Of a stretch of DNA of 64,000 nucleotides, positions 23,015 through 33,396 are shown in pieces. The notes beneath the pieces were generated by a model. That model had not been told where the DNA came from. It ran no database searches and saw only the letters and a list, made by a program, of their open reading frames with translations. The translations under genes and the position numbers were made by a program. Position 1 is the first letter of the stretch; the number at the start of each line of letters is the position of its first letter. Origin of the DNA: Cladosporium halotolerans (taxonomy: Eukaryota); NCBI RefSeq assembly GCF_011745625.1, contig NW_027191480.1:124001-188000 (forward strand), read 5' to 3'.

Positions 23015-24615
23015 CTCGCTAACCCACCAATCCAGCTTCATCAACAACGAGTTCGTCAAAGGCGTCGAGGGCAAGACCTTCGAGGTCATCAACCCGACCG
23101 ACGAGAGCGTCATCACCTCCGTGCACGAGGCCACCGAGAAGGATGTCGACATCGCCGTCGCCGCCGCCCGCAAGGCCTTCGAGGGCCCGTGGCGGAAAGA
23201 GACGCCCGAGAACCGCGGCAAGCTGCTGGTCAAGCTCGCCGACCTGTTCGAGAAGAACATCGACCTGCTCGCCTCCGTCGAGTCGCTCGACAACGGCAAG
23301 GCCGTCTCCATGGCCAAGGTCGACATCAGCATGTGCGTCGGCTGCCTGAGGTACTACGGCGGCTGGGCCGACAAGATCGAGGGCAAGGTCGTCGACACCA
23401 CCCCTGATACTTTCAACTACATCAAGAAGGAGCCCATTGGTGGTACGTATTGGTTGCTGTCTTTCTGAGCTTGAGATGGCTTGGTTGGAATCTTTTCTTA
23501 CGAGCAATTGCTGATTGATGTCTTCCAGTCTGCGCTCAGATCATTCCCTGGAACTTCCCCCTGCTCATGTGGGCATGGAAGATCGGCCCCGCCGTTGCTT
23601 GCGGTAACACCGTCGTCCTCAAGACCGCCGAGCAGACTCCTCTCGGTGGTCTCGTTGCTGCCACCCTCATCAAGGAGGCTGGTTTCCCTCCTGGTGTCGT
23701 CAACGTGATCTCCGGTTTCGGTAAGGTCGCCGGTGCCGCCCTCTCCTCCCACATGGACGTCGACAAGGTCGCCTTCACCGGCTCCACCGTCGTCGGCCGC
23801 ACCATTCTCAAGGCCGCCGCCTCTTCCAACCTGAAGAAGGTCACCCTCGAGCTCGGCGGCAAGTCGCCCAACATCGTCTTCGAGGACGCCGACATCGACA
23901 ACGCCATTTCCTGGGTCAACTTCGGCATCTTCTTCAACCACGGTCAGTGCTGCTGCGCCGGCTCCCGCATCTACGTCCAGGAGAGCATCTACGACAAGTT
24001 CGTCGCCAAGTTCAAGGAGCGCGCGGCCAAGAACGTCGTCGGCGACCCCTTCGCCGCCGACACCTTCCAGGGCCCTCAGGTCTCCAAGGTCCAGTTCGAC
24101 CGCATCATGGAGTAAGCTCTCGCCACCTCCCTTCCACCTCCCCCAAGCTCTCAAATTAACACTTCCTCCCTAGGTACATCCAAGCCGGCAAAGACGCCGG
24201 CGCCACCGTCGAGACCGGCGGCAAGCGCATGGGCGACAAGGGCTACTTCATCGAGCCGACCATCTTCTCCAACGTCACCGAGGACATGAAGATCGTGCAG
24301 GAGGAGATCTTCGGCCCCGTCTGCTCCATCGCCAAGTTCAAGACCAAGGAGGAGGCCATCAAGCTCGGCAACGCCACCACCTACGGCCTCGCCGCCGCCG
24401 TCCACACCAAGAACCTCAACACCGCGATCGAGGTGTCGAACGCCCTCCGCGCCGGCACCGTCTGGGTCAACACGTACAACACCCTGCACCACCAGATGCC
24501 GTTCGGCGGGTACAAGGAGTCTGGCATTGGACGTGAGCTCGGTGAGGATGCGCTGGCGAACTACACGCAGACGAAGACTGTCAGCATTCGTCTTGGTGAT
24601 GCGCTGTTTGGTTAA
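22855..24615 (+). CDS. aldA: NAD-dependent aldehyde dehydrogenase (496 aa; AldA / Cla h 10-type); introns 22914-23035, 23443-23528, 24112-24173
   Basis: [45 protein letters not shown] (catalytic Glu), [11 protein letters not shown] (catalytic Cys), [15 protein letters not shown]. Confidence 0.96.
22987..23013 (+). repeat. (CAG)9 microsatellite inside aldA intron 1
   Basis: Nine perfect CAG units directly upstream of the GCTAAC branch point. Confidence 0.95.
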
Positions 24616-25212
24616 GGGTTTTGCGCGCGAAAATGTAATTACGTATGACTGCTATGAAATGAAATCAATATTCTCATGAATGGTTGTATTTACCTTTTGA
24701 GCTTGGTGATATACAGTCGAGAGATCGGTTTCTGGTCTTGCCAGGATAGTAATGTGTCGATTTATTCGCATCCCGCATCCTCAACCTCGCCTCATCCCAC
24801 CGCGAAGCCCTCCTGCATACCGACGTCACGAAGCAGAAATGGCCAAGCCATATCCCGAGAGCGGACCAAATAGAAAACTCGCCGCTCATGTTTAGTTCAC
24901 AAAATATCATTGATGAAGACCCACTACTTTCAAAGGCGGGGGATTTGCTCTGGGGCCCCGCAATTAATTCACTTCGAAGCGTGAAGATGCGAAGTCCAGG
25001 GTTTATCCTCCAATCAGGTTTGAGGATGGTCGTCGTGGGTGGATCGGTTTGGTGGTGGTGGGAGATATAACGTTGTATTGAGGCCGCTTTCTCGGTCTCT
25101 CTTGATCGCTTTCTTTTCGAAAGTGTTTCTGCTCCGATCGGTTGATCGTTCGTTCGTTCGTCCGTCTGTCCATCGTCCTGGCACCTATCACCCATCCAAA
25201 ACCTCCACCACA

Positions 25213-26871
25213 ATGCTCCTCCCCTCCCTCCTCTGGGCATTGGCCCTCACAACCCCCACCACCGCCTCCCCCACCCACCACGCTCCAACCGCGAAAACTC
25301 TCAACGGCACCTACCAAGGCCTCCACCTCCCCCAATGGTCCCAAGACGCCTTCCTCGGCCTCCCCTACGCCCAACCCCCCACGGGCGCCCTCCGCTTCGC
25401 CCACCCCCAACCCCTCAACGCCTCCTTCCCCGGCGTCCGCGCCGCCACAGCCCAAGGCTACAGCTGCATGCAGTACCGCGGCGCCTTCAACACGTCCGAG
25501 GACTGCCTGAGCCTCAACGTCGTGCGGCCCTCCGGCAACCACTCCGAGCCCCTGCCCGTGCTCGTCTGGATCTACGGCGGCGGCTTGTACGCCGGCTCCG
25601 TCGCGGACCCGCAGTACAACCTCTCGGGCATCGTCAGGGTCAGCCAGGACATGGGCAGGCCAGTGATCGCGGTCGCGATGAATTACCGCCTGGGCATGTG
25701 GGGGTTCCTGCAGACGCCTCAGCTCCTCGCCGAAGGCTCGAGCAACGCGGGCCTGCTGGACCAGCGGCTGGCGCTGCGGTGGGTGCGGGAGAACATTGGG
25801 GCGTTCGGGGGCGATGCGGGGCGGGTGGTGGTCTGGGGCGAGAGCGCGGGCGCGCAGAGCGTCGCGTACCAGATGTTTGGGTACGGGGGCAGGGACGAGG
25901 GGCTTTTTAGGGGGGCGATTTTGGAGAGTGGGGGGCCGACGGGGGCGCAGGTGCAGAGCTTGCCGTATTATGCTGGCGCGGTGGAGAATTTGACGAGGGC
26001 TGTTGGGTGCTGGGAGGGGGTGGAGGATCAGCTGGGGTGCTTGAGGGGGTTGAGCCAGGAGGAGTTGTTTGAGGCGAGGCCGAGCCAGGTGTGGAATCCG
26101 CTTGTTGATGGGGAGTTCTTGGAGGGTTATCCGAGCCAGTTGATGGGGGAGGGGAAGTTTGTGTCGGTTCCGATGTTGACGGGGCATAATACTGATGAAG
26201 GGATTAATTTCCGCCCTACGACGCCGAAGCCGGAGTATGGGAAGGCGCTCGCGGACGCGTTCGCCTTCTGGCGCTCGTATTCGCTCTCCCCGCCTACCAT
26301 CAACCGCCTCCTCGACCTCTACCCCGACGATCCCTGCGTTGCCCCGCCGTACGAGATAAAGAACTGCTCGCGCTTCGCGGATCTCGACCGCGGCTCTCAG
26401 TGGCGGCGCGGCGCGACCATCGGCGGCGACCTCGTGATGATCGCGGGCCGACGCAAAATGTGCGAGCTGTTCACCCACGCGGGTCAGCCAGTGTACAGCT
26501 ACCGATTCGAGCAGCAGCTGTGGAACAGGACGGAGATCGAGGGCGTGCAGCATTTCGATAACGTCGCGTTCAGCTTCCAAAACATCTCGGGGCTGCTGGG
26601 GCCGGCGCCGGAGTTTGATAGCCATGTGAGGTTGGCGAGGGCGGTGGGGGAGGCGTATGTGCGGTTCGTGTGGGATTTGGATCCGAATCCGAAGGGGAAT
26701 GGGACTGAGAGGGGCGAGGGGATGTTGCCGTGGTGGCCGAAGTATGATTTGGAGAAGCCGGTGAATATGGTGCTGAATGCGTCCGGGAGTTATCTTGAGG
26801 ATGATACGTATCGGAGGGAGGGTATGGCGTTTATTAATTCTCCGGAGGTGGCAAGGGAGCTGTTGAGCTGA
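25213..26871 (+). CDS. Secreted type-B carboxylesterase/lipase
   Basis: Signal peptide MLLPSLLWALAL, FLGLPYAQPP, SEDCLSLNV, WIYGGG oxyanion loop, GESAG nucleophile, NTDEG, GVQH. Confidence 0.93.
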   Translation: MLLPSLLWALALTTPTTASPTHHAPTAKTLNGTYQGLHLPQWSQDAFLGLPYAQPPTGALRFAHPQPLNASFPGVRAATAQGYSCMQYRGAFNTSEDCLSLNVVRPSGNHSEPLPVLVWIYGGGLYAGSVADPQYNLSGIVRVSQDMGRPVIAVAMNYRLGMWGFLQTPQLLAEGSSNAGLLDQRLALRWVRENIGAFGGDAGRVVVWGESAGAQSVAYQMFGYGGRDEGLFRGAILESGGPTGAQVQSLPYYAGAVENLTRAVGCWEGVEDQLGCLRGLSQEELFEARPSQVWNPLVDGEFLEGYPSQLMGEGKFVSVPMLTGHNTDEGINFRPTTPKPEYGKALADAFAFWRSYSLSPPTINRLLDLYPDDPCVAPPYEIKNCSRFADLDRGSQWRRGATIGGDLVMIAGRRKMCELFTHAGQPVYSYRFEQQLWNRTEIEGVQHFDNVAFSFQNISGLLGPAPEFDSHVRLARAVGEAYVRFVWDLDPNPKGNGTERGEGMLPWWPKYDLEKPVNMVLNASGSYLEDDTYRREGMAFINSPEVARELLS

Positions 26872-27666
26872 GTCGATGTGTTGATGAAAAAATATTGAAT
26901 TTGGAATGACAGAAACTACAAGGCTTGTGGTCGTACATCATATCCTCGAGGGCAGTTGAACGCGTTTACTCTGTCAAACACACAGCCTACAGTGATATGT
27001 TCGATTCCAAAAGGTTTCAGCCCTATCTATTTTTCAGCATTCCGCATATATTGAGGGTCGATACTACCTCATAGGACGAGCAAGTAGTTTGTACACCGTC
27101 AATCGCCGGCCCTCGGGTAGGTTCATAGAATGCAGGCTTCCATTTGCCTTAAAGAGCGGATGGGTTCACGCCATTGTTGTTCGTAGAATCTAAGGGCAGC
27201 CGAATCAACGAATCACAAGGCGACTCAGCAAGGGAAATGCCTCCGTGGCACTGCGACATGTTCGTGATCGTGCTGATATAGCGACTTGTTGTCTGTCCGT
27301 GAGGTTGAAGTCCAGGACAAATTGGATGCCTAAGGCACATAATTTTCAACCTCCTTCGCCGAACCACGTATGGCGGACGTCTTCGCTCCCTGCATGACAT
27401 CTTTCCCGGGTCTCACAATGGTACAAGCTTTGATGTCAGTCGTCACGTATGTAGAGACCATACTGAACCAAAGTTGATTGCAACCGAAAACTCCAAACCA
27501 AACGCGTCAAACGCCTTGCCTGCACTCGCATACGTCCAAAATACGCTCCGCTCACTCCACGTCCCATACATTGAGGTACACCAAGCCATCAGAAGAACAA
27601 AAGAAAAGACCTCTTAGTGTAATAGCAAGCCCAAACCACGCTGATCTGCCCAAACGCTCCACAACT

Positions 27667-28201
27667 TCACTCGTCAACGTCCTCGCTCTCAACCTTCATC
27701 TTCTTCGGAGCCTTCCCACCGGTCATCTTGCTCACCGACCAAATCTTCTCCGCCCCCTCCCCATCGCCCGCATCATTAATCTCCTCCTCGCTCTCAACCT
27801 TCGCCTTAGCACCACCCTTTCCCTTCTTCGCACCCTTCTTACCCTTCTTCTTCACCGGCTCAATATCTTCCGCCCCCTGCTCATCGACCTCCCCATCGAC
27901 GTCCTCCTCACTTCCCTTGCGCTTCTTCCCCGCTTGATCCTCCTCAGCAGCATCGGCATCTATAAGCTCAAACCATTAGCCCGCGCCCCATCGAACAACA
28001 CAAACGAAGAGACTCACCACCCTCGGCAGCAACGCGGTCCAATTTCTTCTTGATCGCGTGCCAGGAGGCCTTGCTGCTGTTGGAGTTCTTGAAGCCGAAG
28101 CGGGCGGCGAATTTCGCGTAGTCGATCTCGACGGGCGACTTGGTGCAGCTGGCGATGGCGCCGGCGAGGAGGGCGGTCTCGCGGGTGGTGAGGGTCGTCA
28201 T
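27667..28201 (-). CDS. Small putative helix-turn-helix/Myb-like protein with K/E-rich tail, copy A (158 aa); intron 27960-28017
   Basis: GTGAGT...GCTAAT...TAG intron joins two short ORFs in frame; paralogous to copies B and C. Confidence 0.75.
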
Positions 28202-28648
28202 TGTTTGCTTGTTCGAAGGTACGGTGTTGTGGATGATGTGTGGTAGGTATGTGGGTTGATTTGATGTGCGGCGATTGTGAGTTTGAGGTGGATGTTAGGT
28301 TGTGGAATGTGGGTGTGAGGGATTTTGTGAGTGGGAGGGAGAGTCGGAGAGTTGAGTTGCGTGACTGGGCAAGAGAGGTGTCTGGGCTTCAAGTGAGACA
28401 TGTGAATGTGAATCGCAGGCAAGCTTTTGAGGAGCTAGCTATTGACAGCCAGAGTAAGTACACAGGTAGCCAAAGTGAATACTCAAGCGCCCTTACGCCA
28501 GCCCAAGACACATGACAAAGGGAGCCATGCAGCAAGCAGAAACCGTCGTCCCGGCGACAGAAAAGAAGGCCACCGTCCATCAACTCCAGCAGAATCCTAT
28601 CTCAGAGCCACTTATCGATGGCGCCCAACAAGAGGATCCAGAACCACC

Positions 28649-29163
28649 TCAGGCCAAAAAATCGTCCCAATCCTCCCCATCCTCAACCGGCTCCTCCTTA
28701 ACCTTCTTCGGCGTCTTCGCCTTCTTCGCCGGGCTCTCCTCTCCATCGCCCTCGACCTCCTCCCCATCCTCAGCCTCCGCAGCAGCAGCCTTCTTCCCAC
28801 GCTTCTTCCCAGCAACCGGAGTCAGCGCCTTCGAAGTCATCTTCTTCGGCGTCTGCGCCTCCGGCGTATTCGACCCCGAGCCCAAGGCCTGCACGTCGCC
28901 AGCCTGCGCCTGGATCTTCTTCTGAATCTTGGCCCAAGCGTTGGAGGCCGAGACGTGGTTGCTCATGCCGGCGAGGGCGGCGAGTTTTTTGTAATCGGGC
29001 TGTTCGATCATCCGAGTCAGTAAGATGAGGAGGGATTGTGGAGGAGGGGAGGGAGTGGTACCTTTGGCTTCTCGCTGAAGCAGAGCCAGGCGTAGGCCAT
29101 GAGCTCGCGCTCGCGGGCGGTGAGTTCGTTCTTGGCCATTTTGGAGGGAGTGGAGGTGGTCAT
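28649..29163 (-). CDS. Small putative helix-turn-helix/Myb-like protein with K/E-rich tail, copy B (150 aa); coding intron 29000-29061; 5'-UTR intron 29165-29225
   Basis: MTTSTPSKMAKNELTARERELMAYAWLCFSEKPK|PDYKKLAALAGMSNHVSASNAWAKIQKKI; TPKK/SPAKK motifs. The second ATG at 29139 is an alternative start. Confidence 0.8.
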
Positions 29164-29671
29164 GCTGATGGAGGGTTTTGGTCAGTGGTGGTGTTGAAGA
29201 GATGCGTTGGTTTCTCTGGACTTACGTGATAAGTAGTTTGTGATGAGTTTGAGTTGTGGTGTTGTGGGATGGTGGAAAGAGAGGATGTGGGTCGATGGGT
29301 TTGGATGTGCCTGGGATGTTTGGCGTGTGCGAGGTGGATGCGGAGGCAGGTGATTTATTCGAGCAAAAGTGCGACGGCGGGCCAATGGCGCACGCGACCT
29401 GCGTCACATGCATGGATTGAGATTTTCTCCACAGGCAACAGCGTGTGAAGTGAAGTTACACGGAGGTGCAGAGCAGCCAGTGAGCGCTCGGACTCTGAAG
29501 CGCGCCACGCGCAAAGTGCATGCATGTGTGAATGTGAGGAGTCGCATTCGGTGTAATGGCCAGTGAAAGCGCATTGCGTCTCTTATCAGTGAATACGCGC
29601 GCACATGTCTGCTCATCGGGGTACATCGAGGTAATTGGTCAGAAAACTTGGTTCGCAGTTCTACACACCTT

Positions 29672-31270
29672 TCACTTCCTTTTAGGCCCTCGGCTTTTCC
29701 TGTCTTGCGCATCCTCTCCTCTGCCCAAAGACACATCTACAGACTCCATGAACCCATCCGTTTCAACTGCTGCGGTAGGCGTGTGCTTGATTTCTGGCTG
29801 CACCCTTTCCCCTTCATGTGTCTTCTCAATAGAGCTCTTGACGTCGCCAGAAGCATGCGAACGAGAATAAGCGTCAAGAGCCTCCTGATCATACTTGTGC
29901 GTATGCTTCAAATGCTGGCGTATCATCCATAGTTTCTCGTAGAAACGGGTGTGCTGTTGGCAAGATTCCTCCGGACAATTCAGTCCCTCCTGCTGAACAA
30001 CATCACGTTCTCCATCCCGCTCCTCAGCGACGTCTGCATCATCAGACATGTCGAAGTCCGGGACCATAGCAGGAGTGTACTCGGCAAGCCGGTCAGTGGC
30101 GCTTCCAGCAGCAGTCTCCGGCATCGTCCTGAAGAGCATGGATTCCCCGAATAAGGCTGCGCATCGCGTGGCCGCACGGTCAATGACAGCCGGGTTCCAT
30201 CCCATCAGCGATGCCATACCTAAAACTTCGCTCCAGTCGCGGGTCCCCAATGTGTGATGGCTGGCTTGGTGCTGAGCGTGCTCTTCAAGGTCAGGTTTCT
30301 CGTCAATAGTCGCCTGGCGCTTGCGCTTGCGTGGTCGACTTCGTGTATCTGCGTCTGACTGGGCTGCAGAGCTCGATGTATGGTGCTCCCGGCTTTTGTG
30401 TAGGCCGACCAAGATGTCGTCGAATTTCATGCCTATGTGGCAAGCGGTTTGCTTGAGCAAGCGGCTGGCTTCCTCGTCGTCTGCCATGAAATCGGGTTTA
30501 TTAGATTCTTCGACATTTGGAATTTCACGCTCAGACTCTGACGACTCGGAGTCCGCACTGCTTGCCTCACTGGATTGACGAGACTTTATAGCCACAGGCG
30601 GACTAGAACCCATCATGGATATGGACCGCGATCTCACGGCAGATGCCCGATCGGGCTCCTCGGTGCCCCAAGAGCGGCTTCGGAAGCGGTCTTTCGCCCT
30701 GCGTAGGATCAATGCCTGAATTTCGTCCTGTAAGTCGGCGCCGGGCCTCCACGGCGCAGGCATCTTCAAGGTATCTCCATCCTCGTCATCCAAGAAGCCA
30801 TTTCTTCCAAAAGCTTCAGACTTCCTAGGCACTTCATCGGCCGGGAGTGGCCAAGCAGTCCAGTGCTGGTCGGGATGCCATGGAGTGCTCCCATCGACTC
30901 CGGTCTTCATCCAGTGGAGTTTGCTTTGCCATGGTCTCGCTTTCGATGCGACATCAGCATCACGTAGTTGGGCTTTCAGCGCATGCGCATTGTACAGGTG
31001 GACGCTGAGATCGTTCGCTCGTTCCTGATCGAGAGATGAGATCAGGGCCCGCTCGTCCTTAGTCCAGGAACGCCACGTGCTCGCAGGGCCCACGAACCGA
31101 TTCTCCCGCTCGTCGCTAGAGCTTTCGTCTTCTGCATCGGACTGTTCTTTGGCCCCATGTTGGACCGATTGCGACGCGAATGGCTGAGTGTCAATGATTA
31201 AAGATTGTGAAGAAGGCGCCTCGAGATAGGCTGACGGCGAAGGCGGTTCATCATCGCCGCCGGAAGACAT
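29672..31270 (-). CDS. RRN9: Rrn9-domain protein (RNA polymerase I upstream activation factor subunit-like) with C-terminal C2H2-like motif
   Basis: RENRFVGPASTWRSWT, DLSVHLYNAHALK, WTAWP are features of the fungal Rrn9 domain; CPEESC...HLKHTH near the C-terminus. Confidence 0.75.
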   Translation of the reverse strand: MSSGGDDEPPSPSAYLEAPSSQSLIIDTQPFASQSVQHGAKEQSDAEDESSSDERENRFVGPASTWRSWTKDERALISSLDQERANDLSVHLYNAHALKAQLRDADVASKARPWQSKLHWMKTGVDGSTPWHPDQHWTAWPLPADEVPRKSEAFGRNGFLDDEDGDTLKMPAPWRPGADLQDEIQALILRRAKDRFRSRSWGTEEPDRASAVRSRSISMMGSSPPVAIKSRQSSEASSADSESSESEREIPNVEESNKPDFMADDEEASRLLKQTACHIGMKFDDILVGLHKSREHHTSSSAAQSDADTRSRPRKRKRQATIDEKPDLEEHAQHQASHHTLGTRDWSEVLGMASLMGWNPAVIDRAATRCAALFGESMLFRTMPETAAGSATDRLAEYTPAMVPDFDMSDDADVAEERDGERDVVQQEGLNCPEESCQQHTRFYEKLWMIRQHLKHTHKYDQEALDAYSRSHASGDVKSSIEKTHEGERVQPEIKHTPTAAVETDGFMESVDVSLGRGEDAQDRKSRGPKRK

Positions 31271-32259
31271 CGTCGTGATGTCTGTGCTGCGCTTTGCTTC
31301 CCTGATATGGTATCATTGCTGCCGACGGCAGGGCAGACGACAATTGGCGGAAGATGAAAAGTCGCTTGGGCGTGAATCTTGTTTCACTGCATTGGGCTCG
31401 ATCCGTGCAGCCGGGCGCGACATGCATCCAGGCCCAGACAGCCTTATCCCTGGTAATGACGTCCAGGCGTGACAGCGCACCTTGCCTAAGCGGGCGCGGT
31501 GTGCGTTGCAGGACGGGCGGAGGATGGCGTCGTGGGCGTTTCTCTGCTGCGCAAAGGCTGGTTCGGCTCGGCAAGCTCTGCCCGCCGCGCAGCCGCACCT
31601 CGTGCTGGACCCTCGCTGGCCCGCGCTTCATCCATCGCCAGCCACCTCACTCGACCCTCCCCGCCATCGCACTTTCTCAGCACGCCGCTTGTTTCGGGGA
31701 AGAGCGCTGCGATTTATCATAGAGTGAAGTCAAAAAATCTCCGACCGCACATCTGCCCTTGCGCGTTGCGTCCTCCTTGTTTGTACAAACCTCTCCATCG
31801 TTTCTCCGCGTCCCGTTCCTGCCCTCGCGCATACCGCACCGCACACGTTTACCCTCTTCAACCGCGCTTACCGCAGACGTCATCGTACACCAGCTCAAGC
31901 AGGCTTCCGTCGTCGACGAGCCGCTGCAGAAGCAGAAGAAGTCTGCACTCGCTGTCGCTGAATCTCGGGGTAGAAACTCCCGCTGCGATCGTCCATTGTC
32001 TGAGAAGTACCAGCCTCACCCACGGCTCTGGACTGCTGTGCGATCCGCCCACGCGAGGCACCCGAGCTCCCTGTTGGGCTGGAACTCATTGGGCCTTCAC
32101 CGTCGCACCACATATCATCCTTAATCCGACCGCATCAATCGACGTGCGAAGTGACGAAGCCATTCGCGATTTTCTGCCTCCGAGTCTCGACAGCCACCCC
32201 AGCAACACCTCACTAACCACCACCCACCACCTTCACTCGCCCCAACGCCCTCAGCAGCA

Positions 32260-32978
32260 ATGGCTATCTCCGGCTTCCTCTTCCTGAGCTGGCGCATCTT
32301 CCAAATCATCCTCCTCGTCCCCGTGGTGGGCATGCTGTCGTGGTTCGTACACGGCTACGTGGAGTCCAACCAGCTCACGCCCAACTTCATCCTCGTGCTC
32401 TTCATAGTATCGGTGTTAGCGCTGGCATGGACGTTTGCGACGTTATTCAATTACCTGCGGGCGCGCCATGACGCCTTCTTTGTCGCCCTCATCGACCTGG
32501 GCTTCGTCGGCGCGCTGATCGGAGGCGTCGTCACGCTCCGCGGCATCGCGGACGCGGACTGCTCGAGCTTCTCAGCCGGCAGCTTGTACGTCGACCTGGG
32601 TCCATTCGGCTACTTTGGCCGCCAGAGCGACAGCCCGTGGGCGGTGAACATCAGCAAGAACTGTGCGATGCTCAAGGCCAGCTGGGCCATGTCCATCATT
32701 CTCATCCTGACCTTCTTCGTCACATTCGTAAGAACTTCACAAAGCTCCACTTTGACGATCGCTAGCTAACGGCTTCCTCCCAGCTCCTCGCGCTCCTCGT
32801 CCACCGCAACCACCGCAACGACGACCGTGTCGTCGTCAAGCGCGAATACCACACCTCGCGCCATGGGCACCGCCGCTCCAGCAGCCGCGGAGGCAGCCGG
32901 TCGCGCTACGGCGACGATTCCCGCGCGCGCAGCTCGGGAGGCAGGAGCCACTCCAGGCGCCGCCAGTACTACGTCTAG
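32260..32978 (+). CDS. Four-TM MARVEL-like membrane protein with R/S/H-rich cytosolic tail (220 aa); intron 32728-32783
   Basis: Four hydrophobic helices, WRIFQ near the start, C...KASWAMSI; spliced tail ending SRRRQYYV. Confidence 0.8.
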
Positions 32979-33396
32979 ACGCATAGCGGATCACGAGCGA
33001 GAAAACGAAGGCTCAGACGAATCACTCAAGACGGTCATTGAGAGAACGAAAGGAAAGCAATTTGGACAACGGGCAGGGCGGCAACGGCGTTCTTTTAGGG
33101 ATGCGCTTCTTCGGTTGTGAATATTCGCAAACTTCCCTGAGTCTGCCCGCGGGAAGTCTGCGTAAAGGCGAAGGGCGGACGGGCGGGATCTCTCTTCGGT
33201 TGTATCTTTCACGAGACCATGAATATTGGGATAGGGAAAGGGCTTTCTCATGCTCGTACGCTTGAATCCGAATGTATCTGACTTTCCACTTCTCCATCCC
33301 CAAAAGTTTCCCATCATTCAAACCATTGATCCAACCCATGCATAAACTCCACTCCAAGCACTCCCTCCTCTTCACCTCCTCCCCACACCACCCCAA

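Noticed and set aside
25003..26625. 540-aa antisense ORF over the carboxylesterase, and similar long shadow ORFs over the kinesin, UPF3, HAD and MIC60 genes
   Set aside because: Expected by-product of high GC3 codon bias; low-complexity R/P/A translations with no recognisable motifs.
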